Source: a virus
Direction: 5' to 3' (one strand)
DNA: 64,000 nucleotides
IMG/VR virus record: IMGVR_UViG_3300031566_005149
Span: 1 to 64,000 of that record
The stretch's first letter is position 1, and the number at the start of each line of letters is the position of its first letter. The notes beneath the pieces were generated by a model that did not search any database, was not told the origin of the DNA, and saw only the letters and a list, made by a program, of their open reading frames with translations. This document shows positions 1 to 9,827 of this stretch, in pieces. A program made the position numbers and the translations under genes.

Positions 1-1
1 T

Positions 2-427
2 GATTTCAGTGATTTCAATGATCTGGATCCCGATGATTTCATCGAGACTGAGACTGCCGATGATGACTGGACCGAAGTTACTCCTGAGCCTGATGCAAAT
101 GGAATGGCTGATGGTATGGGAAATCCAACTGGTACCAAAAGCAAGTTGATTGACACAGAGATCACTCATATGCTGTTTAGTGGTATTATATCGAACGGTC
201 CCAACGTTTCGAACGTCACCGTTACCGTCTCTGCCGGTAGCATGACCAATAACTATCCTGTTGTTGGTAAGAGCATTTACGAAGTGGAAAAAATGTTGGG
301 GCAGGTTCTCAACGTTAATCCTTACGCTCGTATCGTTCTTGTCAATGGTGATGAGGTTACCAATGATTATATCATCAAGGAAAATGATGTAATCGAATTC
401 GTTAACGAGGCTTATGATAAAGGCTAA
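2..427 (+). CDS. Ubiquitin-like (ThiS/MoaD beta-grasp) domain protein, 5'-truncated by the window edge, with an acidic linker before the Ubl domain
   Basis: Frame is open from nt 2 (DFSDFNDLDPDDFIETETADDDW...). The C-terminal ~70 aa has a beta-grasp pattern (VLVNGDEV..DYIIKENDVIEF) and ends in Gly (AYDKG). Confidence 0.75.
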   Translation, partial: DFSDFNDLDPDDFIETETADDDWTEVTPEPDANGMADGMGNPTGTKSKLIDTEITHMLFSGIISNGPNVSNVTVTVSAGSMTNNYPVVGKSIYEVEKMLGQVLNVNPYARIVLVNGDEVTNDYIIKENDVIEFVNEAYDKG

Positions 428-452
428 AGATTAGCGAGTGTTGTCAATTACC

Positions 453-474
453 GTGGGGGATTCACGTCCCCCAC
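453..474 (+). terminator. GC-rich stem-loop between the Ubl and E1 genes (no U-tract)
   Basis: GTGGGGGA-ttcacg-TCCCCCAC, 8-bp stem. Confidence 0.5.
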
Positions 475-510
475 ATCAACTCACCTCTAAAGAAAGGAGA
501 ATTCATGTAA

Positions 511-1323
511 ATGAGAAACACAATTGGTCTTGTTGGGGTTGGTTCTCTTGGTGGCTTTCTTGCAAATCAAATTCAAAGCCACGTTGATACCATGTACGTG
601 ATAGACCCAGATAGTGTAGAAGAGAAAAATTTAAGAAACTCAATCTACCATAAATTAGATATAAATAAACCAAAAGTTTATGCACTGAAAAGTAAAATTA
701 CAAAATGCGATCTCGTTCCAGTAAAAGCGAGATTCGAAGACATTGACCTCCCCTCTGTTAACAATTTCATAGATTGTAGAGATATTGTTAATAGAAATAT
801 AAGAACGGATGTGAAATTTTTAATTGTAGGTAGAAATTTGAGAGTGGACTGTGAAGAACCATCTATGACAACTGATGAACCTGGAAATTACCTCATTGAA
901 TTAAGTAAACAAGAAGTGTCCAAAGCGGCACATCTGGCTTCAAAAGTTTTGTTATCAGAAAGAATAAAAGAATTACAGGATGATAAATCATCAATCAATC
1001 TTCCCATATCTACAAAATCTGTTGACAGTGAAATGAAATTCCATATCAAACAGAAAACCAAACCATTATTACAAAGAGATATCAGTAGTCATATTTTCAA
1101 TGAAATCAAAGATATAAGCGACCCAAGAGGATTCGTTCGAACAAGATTATGTAAACTGGATGATCAAAAGGGAATATTAACTTTTGAACCATCATTAATG
1201 CAATACCCAGCAGTTATAACAGCTTTAAATGATGTTGTTTTAAGAGATAATGGAACATATTTTATCGATAAGAAAAATAGATTCATTGAAATCTGTTACC
1301 CAACCTTGGATGGTGGGGCGTAA
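511..1323 (+). CDS. ThiF/MoeB/E1-family adenylyltransferase with a C-terminal extension ending in GGA
   Basis: IGLVGVGSLGG nucleotide-binding loop, IDPDSVEEKNL-R, PKV, IDCRD. Confidence 0.85.
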   Translation: MRNTIGLVGVGSLGGFLANQIQSHVDTMYVIDPDSVEEKNLRNSIYHKLDINKPKVYALKSKITKCDLVPVKARFEDIDLPSVNNFIDCRDIVNRNIRTDVKFLIVGRNLRVDCEEPSMTTDEPGNYLIELSKQEVSKAAHLASKVLLSERIKELQDDKSSINLPISTKSVDSEMKFHIKQKTKPLLQRDISSHIFNEIKDISDPRGFVRTRLCKLDDQKGILTFEPSLMQYPAVITALNDVVLRDNGTYFIDKKNRFIEICYPTLDGGA

Positions 1324-1736
1324 TGCCAAATAAATTAGATGGCATTGATATAATATCCGAAGAAGGGTGGGTAAAGTTTGATCGATCTTGGGTAGTTAGA
1401 TCTACCCGTAAAATAAAATATAAATTCAAATGTTCGCTTAAACCAATATTCTTACTTTCAAAAGGAAATTTATATCCTGTTAAATTGAATGATGAATATT
1501 TGATAACTAATTTCCAAATAATTTCTAGCATTGAAGGTACTCTTGAAATGTTATATCTTGGAAATGACCAACGGCATCCACATAAAGATCCTAGAAATAG
1601 CTGTCTATGTTTAGGAAAATTTGAGGGGAAGCCAATAAGTAAAGGACTTATAGCACTACTGATATGTTGTATTTTGAGGTATAATCAGGATGATTGTTTC
1701 AGCGTTCCAGATTCTTGTTGTGTATTAGAAAAATAA
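1323..1736 (+). CDS. Putative prokaryotic E2 (UBC-like) conjugating enzyme
   Basis: HPHKDPRNSCLCLG resembles the E2 HPN...CL active-site signature. Start overlaps the E1 stop (TAATG). Confidence 0.6.
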   Translation: MPNKLDGIDIISEEGWVKFDRSWVVRSTRKIKYKFKCSLKPIFLLSKGNLYPVKLNDEYLITNFQIISSIEGTLEMLYLGNDQRHPHKDPRNSCLCLGKFEGKPISKGLIALLICCILRYNQDDCFSVPDSCCVLEK

Positions 1737-1749
1737 TGGAGGTCAATTA

Positions 1750-4413
1750 ATGCCAAACATTTTAAATTATAATAAATTTTGTGAAGAACTTGCACCAATT
1801 AGTTCAGTTAAAGTATTTAAAAAGAGATTTTTCCATGCTAAAGGTCTCTTCTCAGAACAGATTTTTGGGCCACTTAAAAACTATACGTGTCAATGCGGAA
1901 CGTATTATGGAATATCCAAATCTGGTGGTGAGTGCGAAGCCTGTGGAGTTGATATTGTTAACAGTAATGAACGGAGAAAACGATTTGCAAAAATTGTCCT
2001 GCCAATTCCAGTAGTTAACCCACTAATGTATGATCTAATCGCATCTTTAGGAGGAAAGAAGATTAAAGCTCCTCTGGACGATTTGATGAAAAATGAGAAG
2101 AGTATCCTATATGTAATAGGTGATGAAACGTTTGTTGTTCATGATGATGAAAAAATTCCCAGAACAGCAACGAAGTATGAGAGGGCAGAAGCGATTTACA
2201 TTCTTGTGAAAAACTTCAGTGAAATGATGTACGAAGATTTGCAAGATGATAATTGGAGGAAGATAGTTGAAAATATAGATAATTTTCTAATTCGTGAAAT
2301 CATTGTTCTCCCACCAGATTTACGACCATCAACTCAAAGTGGATCAAAACAATTGATGGATAAAATCAATCGATATTACATACAAATTCTTACAAAAAAG
2401 GAAGTGATGCAAGCTGCACATTTAGATGTTATGCGGGATAAGAGCATCTACTACACCTTTTTCCGAAACTTACAAAAAGACGTAAAAGAATTACACGAAA
2501 AGATATTAGAAAAACTTGCTAAAAAAGAAGGATTAATAAGAGGGAATATTCTTGGGAAAAGAATTGATTTCTCTGGTCGAGCAGTTATCGTACCTGAACC
2601 ATCCTTATCTTTAGATGAATGTGTTCTTCCATATAAAATGATATTGGAAATTTACAAGTTGCAGATAGCAAAGAGAATAATAGGATTAGGTAGATTTAAG
2701 AAACTCCCAACTGCATTGAATTACATCAATAAGTGTATTAAGTATAATCATTTAAGCTTATTGACTGTATGTGAGGAAATCATAAAAGATAAAGTTTGTA
2801 TACTCAACCGACAACCCTCACTTCATCGTTTGGGTATGTTAGGTTTTAACATAAAGGTTTCTAAAGATTCAGTTATAAAGATCCACCCATTGATTTGTCA
2901 TCCGTTTAACGCAGACTTTGATGGTGATCAGATGGCTATGTATATTCCACTATCAGAAGAAGCCATACAAGAAGTTAAAGATAAAATGTTCGTAACCAAA
3001 AATTTGATTAGTCCTGCCAATGAGGAATTAACAACACTACCAAGCCAGGATATTGTGCTTGGAGTATATTTTCTGACAGCTGGAAGATTCGATACCGATA
3101 CATTCAATGGGGTAAAAGCATTTAATGATATCTTACCAGATGGCTTTGAAGAAGTGAAAGGTACTATAAATTCAAAAAGACTTCTACATATCTTAGATAT
3201 AGTACGAGAAAAACATCCAGACAAATTAGTAGAACTGCTTGATAATATTAAGAAAATGGGATTTTATTATTCCACACTTTCCGGTTGTACGTTGTCGTTG
3301 GACGACTTTTTAATACCAGAAGCCGATGAAGTTAAACGTCATATTTATGAGACAGATGATATATATGAATCACTGAGAAGATCTAGTTCAGAAGACGTTA
3401 TACAATTTCTAAGAGATAATTTTAATTATGCATATCTAATCGAATCTGGTGCTCGTGGTACCTGGGATCAAGCACGACAGTTATGTTTGTCTCGTGGATA
3501 TATATCAAACTTTAAAGGTGAGATTCATAAGAGACCGATTGTTAATAATTTGACTGATGGGTTGACAGAAGAGGAATTCTTCGACTCCACATATGGATGT
3601 CGTAAGGGATTGTTAGATACAGCCTTGAACACCGGAACCTCTGGATATTTATCAAGAAAATTAATATTTACATGTGCTAACCTACAACTCTCAAACGATA
3701 TTGATGATTGTGGAACTAATGATTTACTCGAAATTGAGGTGACAAGTGCTAAAAAAGCATCATGTCTTGTAAATCGTTATATGAAACATGATGATGGATT
3801 ACATGTCATCACAAGAGATAATTATAATGAAATTGTAGGTAAAACTGTAAAAGTAAGAAGTCCAATATATTGCAGTAACCCACGGGTATGTAAAACCTGT
3901 TATGGGGATTCCCACAAAACCCTGAACAGCACATATATTGGTATCATTGCAGCACAAACACTTGGTGAAAAATCAACACAGCTTGTTTTACGAACATTTC
4001 ATACGTCTGGCGCAGCTATAATTAAAGACGGTGCAGATAAGAAAGATATGAAACAAGAAGATATTATTGGTGATTTGGCAACGGTATCGGCAATGTTACA
4101 TAAATTTAAAGATAGAGAATGCACGGATTTGGTGCATGATTTATTTGAAGTCTATGATAGAAATGTTTATCATGTTCATTATGAATGTGTTGTAGCTCAA
4201 TTGATGTGGGTTGGAATGCAAAAGTGGAGATTGCACTCAGAAAGAAATAAATACCAACCAAAATTCCACAGTATCCAATCTGTTCCAGATCAAGAAAGTT
4301 GGATGTTGGCAATGTCTTTCTCCAATCCTAGAAAGAGTATATTGAATGGAATTATTAATTCTGGAAATTATTCTGGAGTTATGGATAAAATATTAAGAGG
4401 AGTCAAAGTTTAA
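1750..4413 (+). CDS. rpoC: DNA-directed RNA polymerase beta' subunit (phage-encoded, compact)
   Basis: GLFSEQIFGP, zinc-binding Cys, LGKRIDFSGRAVI, LNRQPSLH, catalytic NADFDGD, TQLVLRTFH. Confidence 0.97.
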   Translation: MPNILNYNKFCEELAPISSVKVFKKRFFHAKGLFSEQIFGPLKNYTCQCGTYYGISKSGGECEACGVDIVNSNERRKRFAKIVLPIPVVNPLMYDLIASLGGKKIKAPLDDLMKNEKSILYVIGDETFVVHDDEKIPRTATKYERAEAIYILVKNFSEMMYEDLQDDNWRKIVENIDNFLIREIIVLPPDLRPSTQSGSKQLMDKINRYYIQILTKKEVMQAAHLDVMRDKSIYYTFFRNLQKDVKELHEKILEKLAKKEGLIRGNILGKRIDFSGRAVIVPEPSLSLDECVLPYKMILEIYKLQIAKRIIGLGRFKKLPTALNYINKCIKYNHLSLLTVCEEIIKDKVCILNRQPSLHRLGMLGFNIKVSKDSVIKIHPLICHPFNADFDGDQMAMYIPLSEEAIQEVKDKMFVTKNLISPANEELTTLPSQDIVLGVYFLTAGRFDTDTFNGVKAFNDILPDGFEEVKGTINSKRLLHILDIVREKHPDKLVELLDNIKKMGFYYSTLSGCTLSLDDFLIPEADEVKRHIYETDDIYESLRRSSSEDVIQFLRDNFNYAYLIESGARGTWDQARQLCLSRGYISNFKGEIHKRPIVNNLTDGLTEEEFFDSTYGCRKGLLDTALNTGTSGYLSRKLIFTCANLQLSNDIDDCGTNDLLEIEVTSAKKASCLVNRYMKHDDGLHVITRDNYNEIVGKTVKVRSPIYCSNPRVCKTCYGDSHKTLNSTYIGIIAAQTLGEKSTQLVLRTFHTSGAAIIKDGADKKDMKQEDIIGDLATVSAMLHKFKDRECTDLVHDLFEVYDRNVYHVHYECVVAQLMWVGMQKWRLHSERNKYQPKFHSIQSVPDQESWMLAMSFSNPRKSILNGIINSGNYSGVMDKILRGVKV

Positions 4414-4434
4414 TTTTATCGAGGAGGAAATAAT

Positions 4435-7400
4435 TTGAAAATAGTAAACCCAGCTTATAAGATTAAGGATGAAGACAACAACATCTTTACGTTGAGAAAA
4501 AAAGATCATGGAAGAATGTTACCTGTAATACAGGAAATAGTCCAGCCTGTCAGAGAAATAGGGTTTTCGATTGATAAAGTTGAAATCAAAGGCTCTAGAA
4601 ATATAAAAGGAGAGCTCTCGAAGACTTTATACTCCATTCTTCAAATGAAGTTTTCGAAGGGCTCATCTGTAATCGAACTAAAACTTTATGTGCCAAAACT
4701 TATAGATAATAACTACCTGTATATTAATGGAAGAAAGAAAGTTCCACTATTCCAACTATTCGACGTTCCCATCGTAATGCGGGGGGAAACGTTAAAAATG
4801 CGAACCAATGTTGGGACGATATTGGTATATCCAACCAAGGACTGTCCACATGTCATTTGTGGTTATTTGGGAAAGAAGGTTTCACTGGCTTTAATTATAT
4901 TGGCCTTCTATAGTATTGAAGATCTTCCTGAAATGATAAAAACTGATTTAGAAACCATTAATACACAAAATGTTCCAGGGGATAATGTATACGATAAATT
5001 ATTATTTGATCTTAAAACATATATTGAAGGATCAGTTGGTTTTACACAAGACGATTTCATCCAAGAATTAGGACGATGTTACACGAAATATAATACAATT
5101 CCAAAAGGAAACGATATTATTTATTCTCTCGATCTTATCCCAAAAATCGATATCTTTACAAGAGAATTCTTAGAAACAGGATCTGTATTAGAAGATATTA
5201 TGGTGGCTTTAAAGAGGGGTGAAGTGGATGACACACGATTGCAAAATAAAAGGATTCGATGTTTTGAATATGTGATCTATAGCAATGTGTGTAAAATAAT
5301 TTTTGATATGTGCTTGAGTAATCGAGAAACGAAAAAACCAAAGTTCAATACAAACACCAAGCAGTTAATCACAGCAAGCAATGTTTCAGACATTGTACAA
5401 TTTGACTTCAGTATAAATCCAATTGATAAATTGACAAAATTGAGTAGAATAAGCTTGCTTGGTCCAGGTGGTTTTAAAAGAGAAAACATACCTCGCCACT
5501 TACGAGATATCTATCCATCAATGTTCGGTAGGATGTGTCCTGTTGATACGCCAGATAGGGAAAATTGCGGTGTTCTACAAAATCTGATACCTAACGTCCC
5601 ATTGGATGCTAACATGCGATTTACGGACGATGTGTGCGAAAAACAGCCTATTTCTATACCTGTTGCTTTCACCCCATTCTGTGAACACGACGACCAAACT
5701 AGATTACAGATGGCTTCGGCTCAAATGCGTCAGGCCATTTTGCTCAAGAAATTTGATAAGCCATTAATCCAATCTGGCTCCGAACATCTTTATACTAAAT
5801 ATTCAGATTTCATTAAGATAGCTCCAAAGAACGGTGAGGTATTATACGCCAACGATAAACATATGGTTGTATTATATGATGATGAGAGCGGAGACATATT
5901 CGATATCTCCAACAGAAGAATATATGTTCAGAACGTCGATATAATGTCTGTATATTTCAAAGTGGGTGAAAAGTTTAAAGCTGGAGATATTCTAGCGGAA
6001 AGCAATTATTGCCAGGATGGGGATATCGTTTTTGGTAAAAATCTTCTAACTGGAATCATGATTCACTACGGATATAATTATGAGGATGGGATTGTTATTT
6101 CAGATAAGCTATTCAATGATGGTTCATTAACATCAGTTCATTCTATTGATCTATCTTTCACATTGAAACCTGATCGAGTTCTTATGGATCGCCTTGGTCG
6201 TCATAATGCATACGAACCATTACCTACTCCAAATACAATGTTAGAACCTGGAGATATATATGCAAAAATGCAGAAACTAACAATTGAAGATCCGTTTGCT
6301 GGTTTTTATGAGCCAACGATTTTGGAAACTCCAAACAGGGTTCTAATCACTGATGTAAATATATATGCAAATGAATGGAATGAGGAAATGCCAATATTTA
6401 GAGAGTGGCTTGAATCGTTTCTAGATAAACAGAAAATTGAGCAGGACAAGCTTAAAAAGATTGTAGAGGACAGATTACCACCGGAAGTTTCCAGTGAATT
6501 TGTAAAGGATTATCTACAGTTTGACGATATCGGTAAATATAAAATTAAGAAAGAAAAGATTGATGGAATTCGAATAGAGTTACACGGCCTCCAAATGAAA
6601 CCCATAAGAGTTGGGGATAAAATTGGAAACCGTCATGGTAATAAAGGTGTTGTATCAACCATTATGCCAGAAAATAAAATGCCCCAATTGGATGATGGTC
6701 GACATATAGATATTTGCCTGAATCCTTTAGGTATTATATCTAGAATGAATATAGGCCAGTTATTTGAATTGCATTTGGGGATGGCTGTCAATAATCTAAA
6801 AAATAACGCTTTGAAGATGTTGGAAGAAGAAGTTCCAATGAACGATATTCGAAACTACTTTATCAATTTTATCCGTATTATCGATAAAACAGAAGCTGGA
6901 TGGTATCTTGAACAATTTATAGAACAGCTTCCAGAAACGATAGATAAAGATTTCATCGAAGGATTTTCTGTTATTCAACCACCGTTTGAAAGCGTTAAAG
7001 TTGAGGATTTAAAATCAGCTCTAAAATATACAGAGACACAATTTAAATATAGAGTCTTTGACCCACCTTCAGGACAAGTTGTATCGGGAGAGATTGCTGT
7101 TGGGTTTATGTACTTTTTCAGAATGACACATATAGCTGATGATAAGATGGCAGCTAGAGGTATTGGCTCATACGCAAAACGAACCATGCAGCCTCTTGGT
7201 GGAAGAAGGAATAAAGGTGGACAGAGATGTGGGGAAATGGAAACGGCATGTTTCATCGGTCACGATGCAATGAAAAATCTACACGAAATGCTGACATTAA
7301 AATCAGACTGTTTTGAAACCAAAAATAATTATATAAAAGGTCTGATCGATCCAAAGAATATAATTCAAACTGAAATAGTCGATCCAATACCTGAATCAGT

Positions 7401-7455
7401 TCGTTTATTGAATTCGTATTTGACAGTCTTGGGTGTGGATCATCGGGGGAACTAA
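4435..7455 (+). CDS. rpoB: DNA-directed RNA polymerase beta subunit (phage-encoded)
   Basis: GRMCPVDTPD, QMRQA, GYNYEDGIV, GDKIGNRHGNKG, SRMNIGQ, GGQRCGEME. TTG start after GAGGAGG. Confidence 0.97.
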   Translation: MKIVNPAYKIKDEDNNIFTLRKKDHGRMLPVIQEIVQPVREIGFSIDKVEIKGSRNIKGELSKTLYSILQMKFSKGSSVIELKLYVPKLIDNNYLYINGRKKVPLFQLFDVPIVMRGETLKMRTNVGTILVYPTKDCPHVICGYLGKKVSLALIILAFYSIEDLPEMIKTDLETINTQNVPGDNVYDKLLFDLKTYIEGSVGFTQDDFIQELGRCYTKYNTIPKGNDIIYSLDLIPKIDIFTREFLETGSVLEDIMVALKRGEVDDTRLQNKRIRCFEYVIYSNVCKIIFDMCLSNRETKKPKFNTNTKQLITASNVSDIVQFDFSINPIDKLTKLSRISLLGPGGFKRENIPRHLRDIYPSMFGRMCPVDTPDRENCGVLQNLIPNVPLDANMRFTDDVCEKQPISIPVAFTPFCEHDDQTRLQMASAQMRQAILLKKFDKPLIQSGSEHLYTKYSDFIKIAPKNGEVLYANDKHMVVLYDDESGDIFDISNRRIYVQNVDIMSVYFKVGEKFKAGDILAESNYCQDGDIVFGKNLLTGIMIHYGYNYEDGIVISDKLFNDGSLTSVHSIDLSFTLKPDRVLMDRLGRHNAYEPLPTPNTMLEPGDIYAKMQKLTIEDPFAGFYEPTILETPNRVLITDVNIYANEWNEEMPIFREWLESFLDKQKIEQDKLKKIVEDRLPPEVSSEFVKDYLQFDDIGKYKIKKEKIDGIRIELHGLQMKPIRVGDKIGNRHGNKGVVSTIMPENKMPQLDDGRHIDICLNPLGIISRMNIGQLFELHLGMAVNNLKNNALKMLEEEVPMNDIRNYFINFIRIIDKTEAGWYLEQFIEQLPETIDKDFIEGFSVIQPPFESVKVEDLKSALKYTETQFKYRVFDPPSGQVVSGEIAVGFMYFFRMTHIADDKMAARGIGSYAKRTMQPLGGRRNKGGQRCGEMETACFIGHDAMKNLHEMLTLKSDCFETKNNYIKGLIDPKNIIQTEIVDPIPESVRLLNSYLTVLGVDHRGN

Positions 7456-8285
7456 TGGATATATTACCAGACGTTCAAAAAACAAAACCAGAAATTCCGA
7501 TCTTAATTTCAAGAGTGGGAGTTCAAAATGTGGAGCTCCCATTCCTGTTAAATTTAAGGAATGGGGGTGTTGTATCCGTTCTTGCAATGACAACCATGAT
7601 TTGTGAATTGGACGAAAACGAAAGGGGAATCTCAATGTCCAGATTTATTAGGACATTGAGACCACATTTAAATTATGCTTTAAGACGAATATCAATAGAA
7701 GAAATATTAAAAGACCTTAGCACACAACTCGAATCACAAAAAGTATCTATAAAATTCGAATTTAAAATTCCTGTTGTTGTTAAATCTCCAATAACAAACA
7801 ATGAATTCCCACAGTATTATAAGTGTAGTTTTAGAAGTGATTATTCTCACGGATATTTTCAATTTTATGAAAACGTTAGAGTTCAATATTCTGCATACTG
7901 CCCTTGTTCGGCTGAACTCTGTGCGTCTCAAAGTATAGGATACCCACATAACCAGAGAGCGTTTGCAGATGTTCTAGTGCAAACAAATCGAAAACGATTT
8001 ATATGGTTAGAAGATCTTATAGATTTAGTGGATGAAGCGGTTGTAACGAAACCATATCCAATAATTCAAAGGCCCGATGAAGCGTGGATTGCTATAGAAG
8101 CAGAGAAGCACCCACAATTTGTTGAGGACTCTATAAGAAGTATATCAATCAAGTTGGATAGACTTAGAGGAGTTGTTGATTGGTACGTGAAATGCACACA
8201 CGAAGAATCCATACATACGTCAGATGCCATTGCTATCAATTGGAAAGGCGTTCCAGGTGGATTCAGTGAAATTACATATATTTAG
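7455..8285 (+). CDS. folE2: GTP cyclohydrolase IB (FolE2)
   Basis: LPDVQ, RVGV, RGISMSRF, CPCS, HNQR, QRPDE, FVED, ESIH. Confidence 0.92.
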   Translation: MDILPDVQKTKPEIPILISRVGVQNVELPFLLNLRNGGVVSVLAMTTMICELDENERGISMSRFIRTLRPHLNYALRRISIEEILKDLSTQLESQKVSIKFEFKIPVVVKSPITNNEFPQYYKCSFRSDYSHGYFQFYENVRVQYSAYCPCSAELCASQSIGYPHNQRAFADVLVQTNRKRFIWLEDLIDLVDEAVVTKPYPIIQRPDEAWIAIEAEKHPQFVEDSIRSISIKLDRLRGVVDWYVKCTHEESIHTSDAIAINWKGVPGGFSEITYI

Positions 8286-8299
8286 GAGGAACATTACAT

Positions 8300-9100
8300 A
8301 TGGAAAAACCAGATGATTTTCGTCGTATTTATGATAGGTTTATCCCCGAAGGAGCTGATGATATAAGTAAACTAGATTTAATTAATAAACAACAACAAAT
8401 ACCAGAAGCGGCTGAATGTGTATCAGATGATTTAGAAGAGAAGTTAATATTAGAAAAAACAGACCACAGTTTTAATATAATAACTTTTGCAAGCTGGTTT
8501 TCCAAATATTCTGATAGGGTGAGTTCCGTCAGACCGGTTCAGATAATGATAAACGGAGTAGACCCAAATGAATCTATCGTCGTTACTGTCCCAAATGACT
8601 CTGGAAAACGTTATAAAGATTATGATAAAAGGCACCTCCAAATAATAGAGAATGCTAATATAATTCCAGTTATTGATGCTGAACCCATTGACATGTTTCT
8701 CTACAACAATGGTTATCAAATCTTGTATTCCATCGGGGATAATACATATTTGAAGGGTTATCGTATCAGGAAATCATTTATCGTAAATATTTGTAAAGAT
8801 GTATTAGATTTTATGATACCTATAGGTCAGTTTATTATAAAGAGGGGGAGAGTAACATGCCGATTTAAAAGTTATGATTTGCACGATATTATTGAGAGAA
8901 GAATTTTGGATGATATGCTTGATAGGGAAAAACTACATATACTATATCACCAAAGCAAAAAATTCGAATTTTCAAATTTTCATGAACTTCTCAAATGTTT
9001 AACAACAAGACAGGGTGGAATTAAAGATGTTCAACATCAGTTGGAGATCGATTACGCTATTCAAAAATTATGTTTGGATGGGGTAGAATATGAAACTTAA
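8300..9100 (+). CDS. Hypothetical protein
   Basis: Long ORF with AGGAG RBS, in operon. Confidence 0.75.
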   Translation: MEKPDDFRRIYDRFIPEGADDISKLDLINKQQQIPEAAECVSDDLEEKLILEKTDHSFNIITFASWFSKYSDRVSSVRPVQIMINGVDPNESIVVTVPNDSGKRYKDYDKRHLQIIENANIIPVIDAEPIDMFLYNNGYQILYSIGDNTYLKGYRIRKSFIVNICKDVLDFMIPIGQFIIKRGRVTCRFKSYDLHDIIERRILDDMLDREKLHILYHQSKKFEFSNFHELLKCLTTRQGGIKDVQHQLEIDYAIQKLCLDGVEYET

Positions 9101-9827
9101 TACTGATCGATTGATTATTCGAGATGTGTTTTCTTATGATATAGAAGCCTGTCATTATAATCTATTGTCTAAATTTGGATATAATATGTCGAATATAGAT
9201 CGACACAATAAATTGAAAAGAAATATTCAAATAGGCAAAATAATGAGAGATGATGAAACAACCAAATCTAGATTAAGGGAAACCACTAAACAAATCATCG
9301 ATGATTATATTGAATTTAATGAATTGCTGGAAGAAGATATTATAATCAGACAGTACGATGGTTTAATAACCAAAAAACGATTATTGGAGACTAATAAAAG
9401 TATTCTACCAATTGCCATGCAAAATCGTTACGATATTGTTTTAATTTCAATAGATAGGAATAAATATATAGCATTTGACAATCTTAAAAAGAAAGTAAAG
9501 ATCAAAGGAGTTCCAAACCTCTACAAAGGAATTGAAACGTATTATAAAAGATTGATTAGAATTGTAGATATAGAAAATAAAACCAGGGTCTTAGACAATC
9601 TCCAGAAATTAAAATCGGATTTTTCAAATGAAAAGGATATAAATATATTTGCAATCCCAACTGATAATGAAGAAGAAGTTGAAATAATTTTTAAATCGTT
9701 CGGACAAATTAAAATAAAAAGAAACACTCTATATTATATGATTGATGATGAAATTGATAAGAATTTCTATTACGATTTTTATCTACATTCATTTATTCAA
9801 TCAATTGTATTGGAAACTCTTTCGTAG
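9090..9827 (+). CDS. Minimal family-B-like DNA polymerase palm protein
   Basis: Motif A-like SYDIEACHYNLL, motif C-like IRQYDG, then KY and KIKG. Confidence 0.5.
   Translation: MKLNTDRLIIRDVFSYDIEACHYNLLSKFGYNMSNIDRHNKLKRNIQIGKIMRDDETTKSRLRETTKQIIDDYIEFNELLEEDIIIRQYDGLITKKRLLETNKSILPIAMQNRYDIVLISIDRNKYIAFDNLKKKVKIKGVPNLYKGIETYYKRLIRIVDIENKTRVLDNLQKLKSDFSNEKDINIFAIPTDNEEEVEIIFKSFGQIKIKRNTLYYMIDDEIDKNFYYDFYLHSFIQSIVLETLS

Noticed and set aside
104-1323. ThiS/ThiF thiamine or MoaD/MoeB molybdopterin biosynthesis
   Set aside because: No thiG or moaE nearby, the Ubl lacks the terminal GG, and an E2-like gene follows. Disfavoured rather than excluded
1750-7455. Bacterial chromosomal rpoBC locus
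   Set aside because: Reversed order, reduced size, no ribosomal-protein neighbours, and surrounded by virion genes
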